Assembly: GCA_002633005.1 (NCBI GenBank) | Contig: NMRA01000197.1 | Span: forward strand, 293,351-357,350 | Reading direction: 5' to 3' | From: Phoronis australis | Taxonomy: Eukaryota; Animalia; Phoronida | DNA length: 64,000 nucleotides | Shown here: one piece after another, positions 63,200 through 64,000 of the stretch | How positions within the stretch are numbered: position 1 is the first letter of the stretch | Layout of the letters: every line of letters begins with the position of its first letter | Notes under the pieces: generated by a model | Told to the model about the DNA's origin: nothing | Databases searched by the model: none | What the model saw: only the letters and a program-made list of their open reading frames with translations | Position numbers and translations under genes: made by a program

Positions 63200-64000
63200 G
63201 TTGACTGACTAGTAAATGAAAGCAAACGACGACGTAACTTAACACAACCGAGGTAGAACAATGACTGACTCAGCAGCTCTCACAGTCAGACTATATGAAA
63301 AGAAATTGGCGCGAAATGCTTGCCTCCTAAAACGTCACTTCTGGAGTAGCGGACGAGTAATTAACAAAATTACGAAAAGCTGTAATTAAGTGAAAAATAT
63401 GTCTAGGATAACCAACCAACCTTATTTTAGCTCAAAATGACACGAAAAAGGGTTGCCTTTGCCTTTAATGCTGACACTTAATGCTGACACTTAATGCTGA
63501 CACTTAATGCTGACACTAAATGAATGCTGGCACTTATTGCTGGCACTTAATGCTGACACTTAATGCTGACACTTAATGCTGGCACTTAATGCTGGCACTT
63601 AATGCTGGCACTTAATGTTGGCACTTAATGCTGGCACTTAATGCTGGCACTTAATGCTGACACTTAATGCTGACACTTAATGCTGACACTTAATGCTGAC
63701 ACTTTATGTTGACACTTAATGCTGACACTTTATGCTGACACTTTATGCTGACACTTAATGAATGCTGGCACTTAATGCTGACACTTAATGCTGGTACTTA
63801 TTGCTGGCACTTAATGCCGACACTCAAGAAGTTACGAAAGAGACAACACCAACAGTATTAGTGTTTATTTATCATAAGTGTTTGAGCCAGGTCGACATTC
63901 CTCAAGCTTCATCGATGTCATGACAAAAACACAGAAATAAACCAGGCAAAATATAGCTCTAAAATGTCAGCCAATTTTTTTTCCTAACATTTGTGAAAAC

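Larger units (their letters stand above)
61805..63464 (-). mobile_element. Internally deleted Kolobok-like DNA transposon, copy B (1660 bp), inverted relative to copy A
   Basis: TTAA TSD (61801-61804, 63465-63468), with the same TIRs, ORFs and internal junction as 47841-49524. Confidence 0.9.
61693..63824. repeat. 13-bp minisatellite (CTTAATGCTG(A/G)CA) interrupted by Kolobok-like copy B
   Basis: Array halves at ~61693-61804 and 63465-~63824. Confidence 0.95.

Overview
This is AT-rich, repeat-dense eukaryotic genomic DNA, probably from a marine invertebrate, with three assembly gaps. No prokaryotic genes, rRNA, intact tRNA or CRISPR arrays are evident. Two host genes are supported. One is the first coding exon of an EMC8/EMC9 (COX4NB-family) gene on the minus strand (6787-6990). 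The other is a probable two-exon, 114-aa two-transmembrane gene on the plus strand (20193-20377 + 53522-53681, ~33-kb phase-2 intron) that the ORF track shows only in part. Most other recognisable features are mobile DNA. (i) A complete 505-bp miniature LTR element (TRIM) with tRNA-like LTRs, a tRNA-Ser PBS, a PPT and a 4-bp TSD lies ~190 bp upstream of EMC8. (ii) Two inverted copies of a 1.7-kb internally deleted Kolobok-like transposon (TTAA TSD, ~150-bp TIRs) keep a THAP-domain ORF and a convergent P2X7-ballast-like ORF joined at the same breakpoint. (iii) A decayed Academ-type transposon lies inside a multi-layer nest of elements. (iv) Two copies of a MITE are both bounded by the same TATAAT direct repeat. 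(v) There are many further MITEs, an L1/Tx1 LINE remnant and several mini/microsatellites. All calls were made by eye; family names come from recalled diagnostic features and need database confirmation.
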